From Nitrospirota bacterium (GTDB lineage: Bacteria > Nitrospirota > Nitrospiria > Nitrospirales > Nitrospiraceae), in contig CAVPBK010000006.1 in assembly GCA_963701855.1 (NCBI GenBank), positions 960,001 through 1,024,000 of the forward strand: a DNA stretch of 64,000 bases. Direction: 5' to 3'. Position 1 is the stretch's first letter; every line of letters begins with the position of its first letter. The notes beneath the pieces were generated by a model that saw only the letters and a list, made by a program, of their open reading frames with translations, did no database searches and was not told the origin of the DNA. The position numbers were made by a program, and so were the translations under genes. Positions 52,422 to 63,345 of the stretch are shown here, in pieces.

Positions 52422-53600
52422 ATGCACGTCGTGGGACTCATGTCGGGAACATCCGGCGATGGGGTCGATGCAGCACTCGTGGACATTACTGGGCGAGGCC
52501 GCTCCCTGAAAGCCCGGACGCTGGCGGCACATACGCTAGCCTATCCACGTTCGTTACAACAGCGTATTCTCTCCGCGTCAGTTTCGGGAACGGTCGCGGA
52601 GGTATGTCACCTCAATGCGCTATTGGGCGAATGGTTTGCGAACGCGGCGCTGCACGTCATTCGACAAGCGAAATTTCAACCGAGCAATGTGGCATTGATC
52701 GGCTCACATGGCCAAACCCTGCATCATCTTCCACATGGCATCCATGCGCCAGGAGTCGGCGCCATTCGTTCCACCCTGCAGATCGCCGAGCCGGCAGTCA
52801 TTGCCGAACGAACGGGGATTACCACTGTGGCCAATTTCCGTTCGCGTGACATCGCCGCAGGCGGTCAAGGGGCTCCGTTGACGCCAACAGCACATGCGCT
52901 GCTCTTGAAGCATGCGCGGCGTGCACGGTTAGTGGTGAATCTCGGGGGCATCAGCAACGTGACGTATGTGCCGAAAGGTGGACACCTCAACAAGGTGCAG
53001 GCGTTCGATACGGGGCCGGCCAATATGGTCCTGGATAGTCTTATGGTACGCGTGACCGACGGGCGGTTGTTGATGGATCGTGAAGGAAAACTGGCCATGA
53101 AGGGGCAGGTCGACTCACGATTGTTGGGCAAGCTCCTCGCGCATCCCTTTCTATCCAAGCGGCCGCCCAAATCGACCGGACGTGAAGCATTCGGTCCTGA
53201 TCTCATCGAGGAGTTGATCACCCTCCAGCAACAACGCAACCTCTCGCTCGAAGATCTGTTGGCGACCTGCAGTATGTGGACGGCCAAGGCGGTGGGAACC
53301 TCGCGGCGGTGGATCAACGATGAGATTAATGAAGTCGTAGTGGGCGGGGGCGGCGTCCGTAACCGTGCAATCATGAACCATCTCGCAATAGTTTTCGCCC
53401 CTGTTCCGGTCACCACATTTGAGGCCCTAGGATGGGACAGTAAGGTGTTTGAAGCGGTGGCCTTCGCCCTCTTGGCCTATCAAACCGTGACCGGACAGTG
53501 GGGCAACATCCCTTCTGTGACGGGCGCGAACCATCCCGTGCTCCTTGGCACCATTGTCCCAAGCGGACCTCGCTGGCGTGAATCTCTTCCTGGTCGATAG
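52422..53600 (+). CDS. anmK: Anhydro-N-acetylmuramic acid kinase
   Basis: GLMSGTS.DGVD, GSHGQT, GGQGAPL, FDTGPAN and PKSTGRE. Confidence 0.96.
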   Translation: MHVVGLMSGTSGDGVDAALVDITGRGRSLKARTLAAHTLAYPRSLQQRILSASVSGTVAEVCHLNALLGEWFANAALHVIRQAKFQPSNVALIGSHGQTLHHLPHGIHAPGVGAIRSTLQIAEPAVIAERTGITTVANFRSRDIAAGGQGAPLTPTAHALLLKHARRARLVVNLGGISNVTYVPKGGHLNKVQAFDTGPANMVLDSLMVRVTDGRLLMDREGKLAMKGQVDSRLLGKLLAHPFLSKRPPKSTGREAFGPDLIEELITLQQQRNLSLEDLLATCSMWTAKAVGTSRRWINDEINEVVVGGGGVRNRAIMNHLAIVFAPVPVTTFEALGWDSKVFEAVAFALLAYQTVTGQWGNIPSVTGANHPVLLGTIVPSGPRWRESLPGR

Positions 53601-53607
53601 CAGCAAG

Positions 53608-54117
53608 ATGGAGAACGTATTCATAGGCCTTGCCATCGCGCTCTTGGCCCTCCTAGTTTGGCGACTGAGGCTCTCGCCAACCACTGGGCCGGTCAGAAAA
53701 GAGCCCTTTGCCCTTCCTCCAAACGTCACATTGCGTCCTCAACCTCTACTGACTGAAACTGATCTCTTGTTTTACAATCTCATACGGTTGGCCGTAGAAG
53801 ACCATTATCTTGTCTTTGCGAGGGTTCCGCTCTGGTCGGTTGTCAGCGTCGAGGCAGACGGAACGGCTCGGTCACAGGTGTTGAGACAGATCGCGTTGAA
53901 GCAACTCGATTTTGTGTTGGTCCACCCAGGAACGAAGGCTGCGGAGCAAGTGGTGTTGCTCGAGGAAGGGTTGCCCCCTCAGCCGCACGAGGTCACTCGG
54001 AGACGGGAGATCCAGTCTGTCCTACAGGCAGCCGGCATAACGTTGATCACTTTGAAGCCCCACACGTCCTATACAGTGCCTCAATTGGCTCAGCTGTTTG
54101 GCGTCGTCGATGAGTAA
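53608..54117 (+). CDS. DUF2726-like membrane-anchored protein
   Basis: N-terminal TM, PLLTETD..FY, VFARV, DFVLV and LQAAGI. Confidence 0.75.
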   Translation: MENVFIGLAIALLALLVWRLRLSPTTGPVRKEPFALPPNVTLRPQPLLTETDLLFYNLIRLAVEDHYLVFARVPLWSVVSVEADGTARSQVLRQIALKQLDFVLVHPGTKAAEQVVLLEEGLPPQPHEVTRRREIQSVLQAAGITLITLKPHTSYTVPQLAQLFGVVDE

Positions 54118-54168
54118 TGACGGCCCTGCGTATTGCCGACACATCCCCCGCCTGTCCTTGAAGTAGAA

Positions 54169-54681
54169 CTAGTCGGAAGGGCTGTTACCGGTCAGTTGGG
54201 AGGTTGGTTCCTCATTCCGCATCGGTGCCGCATCAAGGGCTTTCCGTGCCAACTCTGCTTCAGCGCTTTCAGGATAGTCATCGATCACTCGCTCGTACAT
54301 CATACGAGCTTTCTCGTGATCCTTCAGCCTGGTGTAGGTTTGTCCAATCTTCAAGTTAGAGGCGGCAAGCTTCGGACTGAGGGGGTAGTAGGAGACAACG
54401 TGGTAGAAGGATTTCAGAGCTTCCCTATAGCGCCCTAATCGGTACTGACATTCTCCCACCCAATATTGCGCATTAGCTGCCAGAGAGGACTGCCCGTGGA
54501 GTTCGAGGAAGAATCGAAAACCAGCCAAGGCTGCCTCGTAATCTCTGTGCTTGTACTCCTCCATCACTCGATCATAGAGGTGCCGAGACGAATCCTGCAT
54601 GTTGGAAGGGGCCGCGACGGCAAGATTGAGAGAAAACAATACCGCAATTATTCCCTGGAGCACGATCATTAGCGTCTTCAT
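54169..54681 (-). CDS. CpoB/YbgF-like periplasmic TPR protein
   Basis: Signal, LAANAQYWVGE, YPLSPK and YPESAEA. GGAGG RBS. Confidence 0.85.
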   Translation of the reverse strand: MKTLMIVLQGIIAVLFSLNLAVAAPSNMQDSSRHLYDRVMEEYKHRDYEAALAGFRFFLELHGQSSLAANAQYWVGECQYRLGRYREALKSFYHVVSYYPLSPKLAASNLKIGQTYTRLKDHEKARMMYERVIDDYPESAEAELARKALDAAPMRNEEPTSQLTGNSPSD

Positions 54682-54736
54682 CGTAATGCCTCCATACTGC
54701 TCAGCAAGGTCTCGGTACCCTTTCTCTCGTGATAAC

Positions 54737-54751
54737 GCAATCGCCGTGCCA
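54737..54751 (-). promoter_or_regulatory. Putative sigma54 promoter (TPR gene)
   Basis: TGGCACGGCGATTGC, near-perfect -24/-12 consensus. Confidence 0.7.
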
Positions 54752-55046
54752 CTGTGCTGCTGCACGGCATGGCTAAAACCAACGAGAATCCACGAGCTTG
54801 GCACCATTCGATGCTGGGAATTGCCAAGTTACCGCCCTCGCCTGCGCAACAGATTTGTACGATCTGTTCGAGAGTCTCCCTGCACGATAAAATAGAGCAT
54901 ACCATCAGAAAAGTGGCTTTGGTAAACGCTTTGCTGAGATATTGACTTGCGTGTTTGTGACCGAAATAATGCCGCTCGACCGCTTGAATCAGAACCTCTG
55001 CGGTAGCACGACGACGGTGAGAAGAGAAAAGACGCGGTAAAGGGAA

Positions 55047-55841
55047 TTGGAAATGATGATTGATCCTCCTGCAAATCCATTCGGCGGAAAGACCTTAATC
55101 GTCGACGCGAATGACTGCGACTCGTACCCGCGACCCAGTGCGGCTCTACTCGATGCAGGAGAATATGACCAGGTCTTTGTTTACCCAGGGATCTATGAGG
55201 ATAAAATTTTTATCACGGGGAGACCAATTCATTTAGTGGGAGCCGGTCGAGACGAGGTACAGATTTTTTCCCGTCGTGGGGGGCCACTCTATCTCCAGCA
55301 GATCCCAGGCGGTCGTATCGCCGGAATCACGTTTCGCTATGTTGGAAGCGATCAGAACTCCGCGATGAATCTGCTCGACTCCTCTTGTACTGTGACACAG
55401 TGCCGTGCCACGGAGGGCATTCTGTCTGGCGTGGTCATTTATGGCCCGCAATCGCGGCCAACATTTGTCGAGAATGAAGTCTGTGGCAACCGGGAATCGG
55501 GGATTTTTGTGTTTGCCGGCGCACAGCCGAGAATCGCCGATAATGTCTGTAGCGGCAACCATCATTTCGGTATTGCGGTGCGGGATCCTGGGAGCCATCC
55601 AGAACTCGTCAGAAACCGGTGTCGGGAGAATATGCTGAGCGGGATTCTTCTCTTTCATCACGCGGAAGCGCTCCTCGTCGACAATACGTGCAGCGAGAAT
55701 CAACACTGGGGTATGGTAATTACTCCTAACTGCCACCCTACTCCCGGTCTGGAGGCGCTCGACACCTCAAACATTCTTGCTCCCAATCCGCGCGGAACCT
55801 TGATCGTGACGGACGAGCCGCTAGGTGACATCGGCCGGTGA
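55047..55841 (+). CDS. Right-handed parallel beta-helix protein
   Basis: PGIYED start; repeated N....N..SGI units. Confidence 0.8.
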   Translation: MEMMIDPPANPFGGKTLIVDANDCDSYPRPSAALLDAGEYDQVFVYPGIYEDKIFITGRPIHLVGAGRDEVQIFSRRGGPLYLQQIPGGRIAGITFRYVGSDQNSAMNLLDSSCTVTQCRATEGILSGVVIYGPQSRPTFVENEVCGNRESGIFVFAGAQPRIADNVCSGNHHFGIAVRDPGSHPELVRNRCRENMLSGILLFHHAEALLVDNTCSENQHWGMVITPNCHPTPGLEALDTSNILAPNPRGTLIVTDEPLGDIGR

Positions 55842-55941
55842 TAAGCCTGAATATCAAGAACACCGGCGATTGGAGAATCAGTGCGTGGAAGACGGAAGGC
55901 GTCTCTGGTCTTTATTTCGCAACGGCGGTAGTGTCCGCTTG

Positions 55942-56865
55942 TTAGGGAAGGAGATTGGCTGAGTGAGTCCCAGAGGCTTCGTGCAGATGAAACGCGCTGC
56001 CGCCTTGTTGTTTCGCTCGATACATGGCAGTGTCGGCATGCTTCAGCAGCTCGTCGATAGGATGATCGTCGTGAGGATAGATCGTAATTCCAATGCTGAT
56101 GCCGACCGAGATGTGGTGACCCTTAAGCTCGAACGGCGCAGCAATGGACTCCGTAATGCGCTTTGCCACCACAATGATGTTCTGTTCGGAAGAGACCCCT
56201 TCTAGAATAATCGTAAACTCATCCCCACCCATACGGGCCACGGTATCGACCTCACGCACGCAGACTTTGAGCCTTTCGGTTACGGCCTTGAGTAGCTCAT
56301 CACCCATGTCGTGGCCGAAGGTGTCGTTCACCGTTTTGAATCGATCGAGATCGAGGAGCATGAGACCAATCGGTTGATGCATGCGCTTGCTTCGAGCCAT
56401 CGCTTGAACCAGGCGATCGCGAAAGAGGTTACGATTGACCAGCCCGGTCAAGTGATCATACTGTGCTAGGTAGGTCAGGTGTTCTTCAGCGCGTTTCCGC
56501 TCAATGGCATAGCGGATGGCCCGAGCTAATAGCTCGGGATGACCCTGACCTTTGACAAGGTAATCTTGCGCCCCCTGTTGCACAGCCTGAAGAGCCAGGC
56601 TTTGGTCGGTCACGCCGCTCAGGATGACAACGGGGACCGTCGGATTCATGGCATGGACCTGTCTGACAGTCGGAAGGCCGAATGTGTCCGGGAGAGAAAG
56701 ATCCAAGAGCACAGCATCAAACCGCTCACGGCTGAGAAACAGGAATCCCTCTGCCAGCGTTTTCGCCCGGGTAATCTGGAACTCCTCCATGCTCCATTCA
56801 GAAAGAAGATCCTGCGTGAGTTCGGCGTCAACGTCGTTGTCTTCGACGAGAAGCACTTTGATCAT
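55942..56865 (-). CDS. Response-regulator diguanylate cyclase (REC-GGDEF)
   Basis: LLVEDN, LLDLSLPD, DHLTGL, REVD I-site and GGDEF. Confidence 0.95.
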   Translation of the reverse strand: MIKVLLVEDNDVDAELTQDLLSEWSMEEFQITRAKTLAEGFLFLSRERFDAVLLDLSLPDTFGLPTVRQVHAMNPTVPVVILSGVTDQSLALQAVQQGAQDYLVKGQGHPELLARAIRYAIERKRAEEHLTYLAQYDHLTGLVNRNLFRDRLVQAMARSKRMHQPIGLMLLDLDRFKTVNDTFGHDMGDELLKAVTERLKVCVREVDTVARMGGDEFTIILEGVSSEQNIIVVAKRITESIAAPFELKGHHISVGISIGITIYPHDDHPIDELLKHADTAMYRAKQQGGSAFHLHEASGTHSANLLP

Positions 56866-57197
56866 CTGATACCCTCGCTCTCGCGTGAACCCTTGCGGCT
56901 AATTCCAGTTTCTATGTCTGGACCGGCTGCCTGTGACAATGCCCGCAACTATGAGAGGCTAAGTATAGCCAAGAGACGAGGGAGGATAAAGAAAATGCGA
57001 GAATACGGTAAGGAAAACGCGTGAAGCCCGAGGAAAAGCCCACGCCACGGACAAGCGTGACGGCAGAGGGCTCGCAATACCACTCTCACAAGTAAAGCCC
57101 ATGACCACCCCTTGTAAGCAATACACACCAATGAAATCGCTACGTAGGGTGGTCAAGAGAAGTCATGACGAACGATTTAGAATGCGGGCAACCTTGT

Positions 57198-57575
57198 TTA
57201 ACCTACATGGAGCGCTTCAGCTCGGCGACGAACCTCTTCGGCTTTTTGCGATTGTCCGAGGTTGTCGTAGAGTGAGGCGATGTTCGCATGCAAGTGCGAC
57301 AAGAGTTGTCCAAGCTGTGCTTCCTGTGCGATCACATTCGCTTCGAGAGCCAGCTTCTTTTCTTCGCTCCGGCGGAAGCGTTCCTCAAGCCTCTGTACAA
57401 GTTGGATCCAACCTTTGACTTTTCCGGAATCCAAGTCAGGGAGAGGCGGCAAGGCTTCAGCGCGATCGAGAGATTTTTCAGTTTGATTCATCCAATTGAT
57501 AAAAACGAGAAAATCACCAAGCGTAATTTTCAGTGCGGATGAGGCGCCTTCTTCTTCGATAACCAGATCTTCCAT
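57198..57575 (-). CDS. Hypothetical helical protein
   Basis: AAGGAG RBS; 125 aa with TPR-like end. Confidence 0.7.
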   Translation of the reverse strand: MEDLVIEEEGASSALKITLGDFLVFINWMNQTEKSLDRAEALPPLPDLDSGKVKGWIQLVQRLEERFRRSEEKKLALEANVIAQEAQLGQLLSHLHANIASLYDNLGQSQKAEEVRRRAEALHVG

Positions 57576-57915
57576 TACAACTCCTTGTAAGCGATTTATT
57601 TCGATAGTGGGTGGTAGGCGACGAAATATTTTTCTCTAAAATCCGTTGATATTTTTTGTTACCGAGCTCTGAAAAACGAGCACGGCAGCGAAATCAACGC
57701 GACTCACCCCCTTTCTACGTATGGCCGTTGGCAAGAAATAGGGAGAAAGTCCAAGAGCGGGCATCCCATAGGCTACATCCAGTAGTGTTGGTGGAGTAAT
57801 ACTGCGCCAGCAGTGGTGTTGTCAACAGCTCTCTTAAGGGGATTGATAAAAGGGAAATCTCTCTCTGGTCTTCGGCGTGCAGATGAAGTCAAAAAGAGCG
57901 GGAAGTGGGCGATGC

Positions 57916-58236
57916 CTAACCTTGCGGTGAGAGGGGAGGAACGTCCGGATAGATTCCGCGTGGGAGACGTTCAGGTCCGATTGTCCCTTCGCAGGCATAC
58001 CCTGGCTCGAAAGGCCAGAGGAGGGATCGACCCTGCCAAGAACCTCTCACCTGGATCGTGCTCATCGAAACTCCAAGTCGAACAGCCTCATCGCGCATTG
58101 TGGAGAGGCAGCCTTCGTAGGAATATGCGCGACGACCCAGTATGATCGGGTTACCCGTTTGGCTATGGAATACGGTATAGGGCTCAGCGCAGCCTGCCAG
58201 AAGCAGTATCATCATGAGTAATAGACCTTTGGTCAT
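57916..58236 (-). CDS. Small lipoprotein
   Basis: LAGC lipobox. Confidence 0.7.
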   Translation of the reverse strand: MTKGLLLMMILLLAGCAEPYTVFHSQTGNPIILGRRAYSYEGCLSTMRDEAVRLGVSMSTIQVRGSWQGRSLLWPFEPGYACEGTIGPERLPRGIYPDVPPLSPQG

Positions 58237-58269
58237 GCGTCTTCACCCTCGCTAGTGGTCTGACTATTA

Positions 58270-58626
58270 TCAGAAATGTGCCCCTTGCCAAGCGCTGGAT
58301 CGAGGTGATAGCGCGAGAGGAATCTCGTTTTTGACTAGCCGACCTAAGCGAACTTGGTCTTCACCGGGCATTTGAATAAACTCGACGCCAAACCGTCGTC
58401 CCTCGCACCAACGTACTTTGGCTAATCCGACTCGGAGTGGAGACGTATTGTCAGAGACGAGCATTCTCATCTCAATATAGGAGCCGGGCTGTACTTGTTT
58501 TCGGCTGTGGACGGCGCAACCAGGGACAGACACGTTGAGCACGGTTCCCTCCCCCACATAGGCCTCACCAGCAAACATCACAGGGAAGTGTGTGTGGATT
58601 CGTTCGCAGTACCGAAGCTTCGCCAT
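58270..58626 (-). CDS. PilZ domain protein
   Basis: RYCER (RxxxR), NVSVPG, VRW and FGVEF. AAGGAG RBS. Confidence 0.88.
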   Translation of the reverse strand: MAKLRYCERIHTHFPVMFAGEAYVGEGTVLNVSVPGCAVHSRKQVQPGSYIEMRMLVSDNTSPLRVGLAKVRWCEGRRFGVEFIQMPGEDQVRLGRLVKNEIPLALSPRSSAWQGAHF

Positions 58627-58894
58627 GGCTGTCGACTCCTTCTCGGTCAGACCATTAGGAGGGCACAGCGTACCACAGTCTCTTTCATCGTGCGAGAGAG
58701 CCCCTCTTTCGAGGAGTCTGGCATAAGAGAGATTGGGAACTCCCGCTGAGCTTCCGACGAACCGCAAAGTGCGGCAAGGAGAGCTAAAACACAGGACACC
58801 CCCACCCTAATCCCCCCTACGAAAGCAGGAATCATTGATGGGCACAAGTCGCTGGAATGATTACATTAATAATCAGTTTGTCCTTCATTCAAGA

Positions 58895-58909
58895 TGGCAT
58901 AGAACCTGC
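58895..58909 (+). promoter_or_regulatory. Putative sigma54 promoter (lytic transglycosylase)
   Basis: TGGCATAGAACCTGC. Confidence 0.5.
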
Positions 58910-59000
58910 GCTTACAGCGTCACGGTACAGGGTCACTCCCAAGACACATGAAAAATACGCCGCGGGGTTACGCAGGTTTCTGGACAGGGAGGAAACAAAG

Positions 59001-59717
59001 ATGAATAGGGTCGAGCATCACAGTAAATCTTATTATGCTGATTTGAGACACCGAACATTCAGCCACAGGGGCTCCGCCAAATTTACTGCCTGCGTAGTGT
59101 TGATACTGACGGCAACCTGGACGCCCTCCATTCTCTCCGATATGGAGGCCGATGGATTCGTCGGTCCCACGGGACTGGTAAACCAGGGGAATGTACCGAC
59201 AGATACGCCTGTCGCGGCAGTTCGCCATAAGACCCGACATCACAGTGGTGTGGCGAATCTAGAGCTTGAGCAAGCGGTCATCCGTGCATCTCAGCAGCAC
59301 CATGTTCAACCGGCCTTGCTTCTTGCGGTAATGAGGGCCGAGTCTTCCTTCAATCCGACCGTGATCTCGAAGGCGGGGGCGGTAGGACTCATGCAGCTGA
59401 TTCCGGAAACCGCTATCCGGCATGGCGTGCGTAATCTTTACGACACGAACGACAACGTCACCGGTGGGGCCAAGCACCTGCGTTACCTCCTGAATCGATT
59501 CCACGGGAACGTCCAGTTAGCCTTGGCTGCCTACAACGCGGGCGAACGCACGGTTGATCGATATGGACAGATCCCGCCCTACAAAGAAACACAGGATTAT
59601 GTAAAAAAAGTGCTCATATATTATCGTGGATACAAGAAGGACGGCTGGATCATGCCGGTTGTAATCGCTCAGTCTATTTATGTACGAAGACCGGCCGTAC
59701 TAATCGATCGCCTGTGA
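59001..59717 (+). CDS. Lytic transglycosylase (SLT domain)
   Basis: AESSFNP, GAVGLMQL, ALAAYNAG and ETQDYV. GGAGG RBS before 59001. Confidence 0.92.
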   Translation: MNRVEHHSKSYYADLRHRTFSHRGSAKFTACVVLILTATWTPSILSDMEADGFVGPTGLVNQGNVPTDTPVAAVRHKTRHHSGVANLELEQAVIRASQQHHVQPALLLAVMRAESSFNPTVISKAGAVGLMQLIPETAIRHGVRNLYDTNDNVTGGAKHLRYLLNRFHGNVQLALAAYNAGERTVDRYGQIPPYKETQDYVKKVLIYYRGYKKDGWIMPVVIAQSIYVRRPAVLIDRL

Positions 59718-59842
59718 TCTCGTGTGGCTCTTAGGAAGCATTGCTCAGAGTAGGGATCCGTCCGAAGAGACAAGACTCCAAGCGTCTGGGGGTCAAAAAG
59801 CAAGGCGAACCGTACAACCCAAGAGTTGAGGAAGTGAAGGCG

Positions 59843-60064
59843 TTAGACGGGTTTTTCAGCGACGTAGTCCAAGTACTTCCAGAGTTCTTTGGCGTCGTTT
59901 TCGGCGAATACCAGCGGGGTATTGTTAGCGGATCCTGCGAAATAGACCTTTAGCGACATCTCATCTTGCCAAATTTGTGCTTCGCAGTAGCTCACGCTAT
60001 CAAGGTTTAAGGCTTTCTTGCCAATACGAACGAAATGCATAATATCTCCATGCCCTTGCGCCAA
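59843..60064 (-). CDS. Small hypothetical protein
   Basis: GAGGAG upstream; protein-like composition. Start may be 60040. Confidence 0.6.
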   Translation of the reverse strand: MAQGHGDIMHFVRIGKKALNLDSVSYCEAQIWQDEMSLKVYFAGSANNTPLVFAENDAKELWKYLDYVAEKPV

Positions 60065-60212
60065 CTCCTCGCCGACTATATCACCGTATGGTTTCCCGTC
60101 AAATGTTTATGATATTTTCTATTACGCTCTCATAGGAAAATACGATTGGGAACTTGAAGATACTTGAGGGGATTCGAGTCGGGGGATTAGTTCGAAAGAA
60201 ACTCTTGGCTGC

Positions 60213-60240
60213 GGGGGAAGGATTTAGTCATTACTTAACC
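60213..60240 (+). repeat. 28-bp direct repeat copy 1 (att-like)
   Basis: GGGGGAAGGATTTAGTCATTACTTAACC; 26/28 identical to 62510..62537. Confidence 0.75.
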
Positions 60241-60688
60241 CCCTCCGATTCGCATCCGTCTGCAGTAGGTTCATACGGATATCCTCGCATTGGAAAGAGG
60301 CTAGTACGGTTGAGATCGGAGAGGGTAAATAAGTTTGGTTAAGGGGCAAGCGATCCAACCGTCGTTGGGCCCTCTAAATAGTGTGACTCCCACTCCCGTC
60401 TAGGTTTCTTCTCGGCTTAATTGACCTGACCCCCCAGCTATTAGGCCACCACGCCAGTTCGGCGGGCGCTGGATGATCGAAGAAGCCGTTTGAAACAGGT
60501 GGTCTGAAGCCTGGGCCGGAGTCTTGCGGGCAGGCATAGCGAGAGGTATGCTATTGACCAGCAGAAAAATCTACATGGAATTCCGGTTTCCTCACGCGTG
60601 ACATCCTTCGCGTCATAGAAGGATCTGGTTCTCAGTCAGTATGGAGATAGCTGAACCGGACCGGGTCCCAGTGAGAGAGGAGCGCATC

Positions 60689-61690
60689 ATGGCAAGACTC
60701 CTGTTGCTCGGAATGGCGACGGTCCTGGGACTGTGGCCAGGGGTTGGCCTGGGGGGAGATCTGACACCGCGCGAAATCTACGAGGGCAGCTCACCAGCCG
60801 TCGTGATGATCCTGGGGTACTCCCACAGCGGACAACAAGGCAGCGGCGGCACCGGCTCCATCATCCAACAGGATGGGCTCGTCTTGACGAACGCGCATGT
60901 TGTGATCGACGAGCACACAGGCAAGCCCTATCCCCGCTTGACCATCTACCTGAAGCCGGATCGTGTGACCGGCGACCGGAAGGTGGATTTGTCACGGAGC
61001 GGCAAAGCTCGTGTGGTGGCCTTTTCAGAGCCGTTGGACCTGGCGATGCTTAAGCTCGATGGGCTGCCTGGACCATTTCCGATTCTCGAACTGGACGACT
61101 CCGATCGGGCCGAGATCGGCGATCGCGTGGTGGCGATCGGGCATCCGGAACAGGGCGGACTCTGGACCTTGACCACTGGCACCATCAGTGCAGAATTCGA
61201 GAACTTTAACGCCACGAAGGGCAAGTCGGTGTTTCAGACAGAAACGGGACTGAACCGCGGCAACTCCGGGGGACCGTTACTGGATACCAACGGCCGCATG
61301 ATCGGAGTCAATACGGCAATCGCCCGCGTCGCGCCGGATGGGATGCCAATTACCAGTATCAGCTTCTCCTTGAAGTCCAACGTGGCCAAGCAGTGGTTGC
61401 GTGATCAGGGTGTTTCGGCCCGGGAAGCGCTGGCTCATTCCGACACCCCGGGGCTAGACAAATCCGCGGATCGTTCTCACCCTCGGCCTCGCGGGCAAAC
61501 GACCCCACTTGGGAATTCCCTGGCCGCTCCTACGATCGGCTCTTCCTCTCCTCCCCCTGAGGTCACGGAACAGACCGTGCCCTCCCCTCGACCCTACAAC
61601 CTGGACCGCCTCATTAGTGAACGGAACCGCGCCGAGGCGGACCTCGAGGATATGATCAAGGAAATGCGCGGCAAACTGGGCGGACGATGA
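60689..61690 (+). CDS. Exported trypsin-like serine protease (S1C-like, no PDZ)
   Basis: TNAHV, DLA and GNSGGP catalytic triad; signal peptide. Confidence 0.92.
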   Translation: MARLLLLGMATVLGLWPGVGLGGDLTPREIYEGSSPAVVMILGYSHSGQQGSGGTGSIIQQDGLVLTNAHVVIDEHTGKPYPRLTIYLKPDRVTGDRKVDLSRSGKARVVAFSEPLDLAMLKLDGLPGPFPILELDDSDRAEIGDRVVAIGHPEQGGLWTLTTGTISAEFENFNATKGKSVFQTETGLNRGNSGGPLLDTNGRMIGVNTAIARVAPDGMPITSISFSLKSNVAKQWLRDQGVSAREALAHSDTPGLDKSADRSHPRPRGQTTPLGNSLAAPTIGSSSPPPEVTEQTVPSPRPYNLDRLISERNRAEADLEDMIKEMRGKLGGR

Positions 61691-61863
61691 GGACATCGTC
61701 GGGCACCTGTCGATCAGCGAGGTATCCTCAAACTATTAAATTAAAGGGGAGACCCGCTTTCGGTTACAAGGCCACAGCACAAGGTAACTTTGCCAATAGA
61801 GATAAGGGTCTTGATCGAGACGCGCAGGCACTTTCTTCAAAGTGTTCGGCATGATGATTCCCT

Positions 61864-62367
61864 TTATTTCAGGTTCACCGCCTGATAATCAATGATGAAC
61901 CGTCCGACAGCCTCTGAGATTCTCGTGCGAATGTCGAGCACTCTAGGGGCGCTGAGCCAACTCGGATGTGCAGGGCCTTCCCATGTGGTCGCAAAGAATT
62001 CTGTGGGTGGATCCCGTGAGAGTTGAACAAGCTGTTTCAACGTCAGCCCGATCGCGTACGCGGTAAAATTCACTGAGGGACCCGTAATCGGATGGACGGC
62101 AACATAGAGATATGGAGCCCCGGGTGAATTCGCGATCTCAGAGATGGTTAGGACGCGCAGGCCTGCCTGTCGCAGTCGCCCTTCGATGTCGCGTGTGAGC
62201 TGCTCTCGGCTCAACCCTTCTCGTTCAACGTCGTCAGGGAGATACTCAACGAGCACCGAGATCTCTCCGAGTCCTCGCAGTGTCTCACGTTTGTCACCGG
62301 TAAAGGCGAATCCTATAATCGGCCAACACAATGTCAGGCCCAACAGAATAAGCACTCTCAGGCTCAT
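61864..62367 (-). CDS. Exported hypothetical protein
   Basis: Signal peptide. AGGAGG RBS. Confidence 0.75.
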   Translation of the reverse strand: MSLRVLILLGLTLCWPIIGFAFTGDKRETLRGLGEISVLVEYLPDDVEREGLSREQLTRDIEGRLRQAGLRVLTISEIANSPGAPYLYVAVHPITGPSVNFTAYAIGLTLKQLVQLSRDPPTEFFATTWEGPAHPSWLSAPRVLDIRTRISEAVGRFIIDYQAVNLK

Positions 62368-62509
62368 CGGCCCCCTCCTAGTCGGTGTTCTGCACGATAG
62401 CTGCCCGTCTATATAAAGACAAGAGCAAGGTTGCCGCTTGAAAGTTGGTTAGGGCGAGTTGGTTAGGAACGACGATCAAGCAGCAGGAGGGACTGACCAA
62501 GATGATCAT

Positions 62510-62537
62510 GGGGGAAGGAGTTAGTCATTATTTAACC
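62510..62537 (+). repeat. 28-bp direct repeat copy 2 (att-like)
   Basis: GGGGGAAGGAGTTAGTCATTATTTAACC. Confidence 0.75.
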
Positions 62538-63179
62538 ACGCCAACATTGAGGACTCCGCTGCAGTGAGGGCGCCCGCAACTTGCTTTATTGTGTCCGACG
62601 ATTCGCGTTCCACTGAGAGTGACGCAGGCTGACTCCAAGCGCGGCAACGCCAAGTAATAAGCCTGCCACTAACACTACTTCCTCTCTTGCCCACTCCCAC
62701 GGTGACACCGGCTGCGGATCGCTCCATAGTCTCTTACTCGCCTCTCGCTCTTCGATCTCTAACCCTTACAGCACCATATCCCCTGACGCATACTTCTGAT
62801 ACCAACAGCACCAGCGTTGCTTGACGGGTTCCTGATTCGGCTGTCCTCTCTTCTGTAGGGAACTAATGACGGCGTTACATGCGTGGTCCATAACGTGACT
62901 CTCACGGCTTGCTGGAACCGCTCGATAGTTGGAGTGCGCTCCTATGCCGATCCAGAGACTGCCACGTAGTCGTCGCCTCTCACGACAGCGCGCCAATCTT
63001 CCTTATGCATTGGTCGAACGACCAGTCCGTCAGCTCTTCACATTGCAATCCCGAATCGCTCTTGGCCTGGTGGGTTGAGAAATACTTTCTCTGTACATCC
63101 ACGTTCAAGCCAAAGGAGATTGAAACTTGCAAGGTTTCTTTTCCACTCTCCGGTATTCAAAAACTCTCTGACAACTCGG

Positions 63180-63345
63180 TTGCGTTGCCCTACGCGGCAT
63201 TACCCCTGGTTGCCTGTGGCAAGGGCGGAGGGGATGGTGGCGCTGGAACTCCGCCGGCCGCGACGCCAACAACCGGGACATTCGCCGATAGTCCGGTGAA
63301 CGGCCTGCACTACACAAGCCCTCCCTCGAACCCGGCCGGAGGCCC
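63180..63345 (+). pseudogene. N-terminal fragment of a surface lipoprotein
   Basis: LVACGKGGGDGG...TTGTFADSPVNGLHY, cut off where the IS110 fragment begins. Confidence 0.5.

Noticed and set aside
58627..58760. c-di-GMP-I riboswitch upstream of the PilZ gene
   Set aside because: Only a CTC-GAAA-GAG hairpin matches. The GCAAA junctions and P2 receptor are not evident.
60200..60290. Intact tRNA gene
   Set aside because: Only ~20 nt resemble a tRNA 3' end, with no cloverleaf
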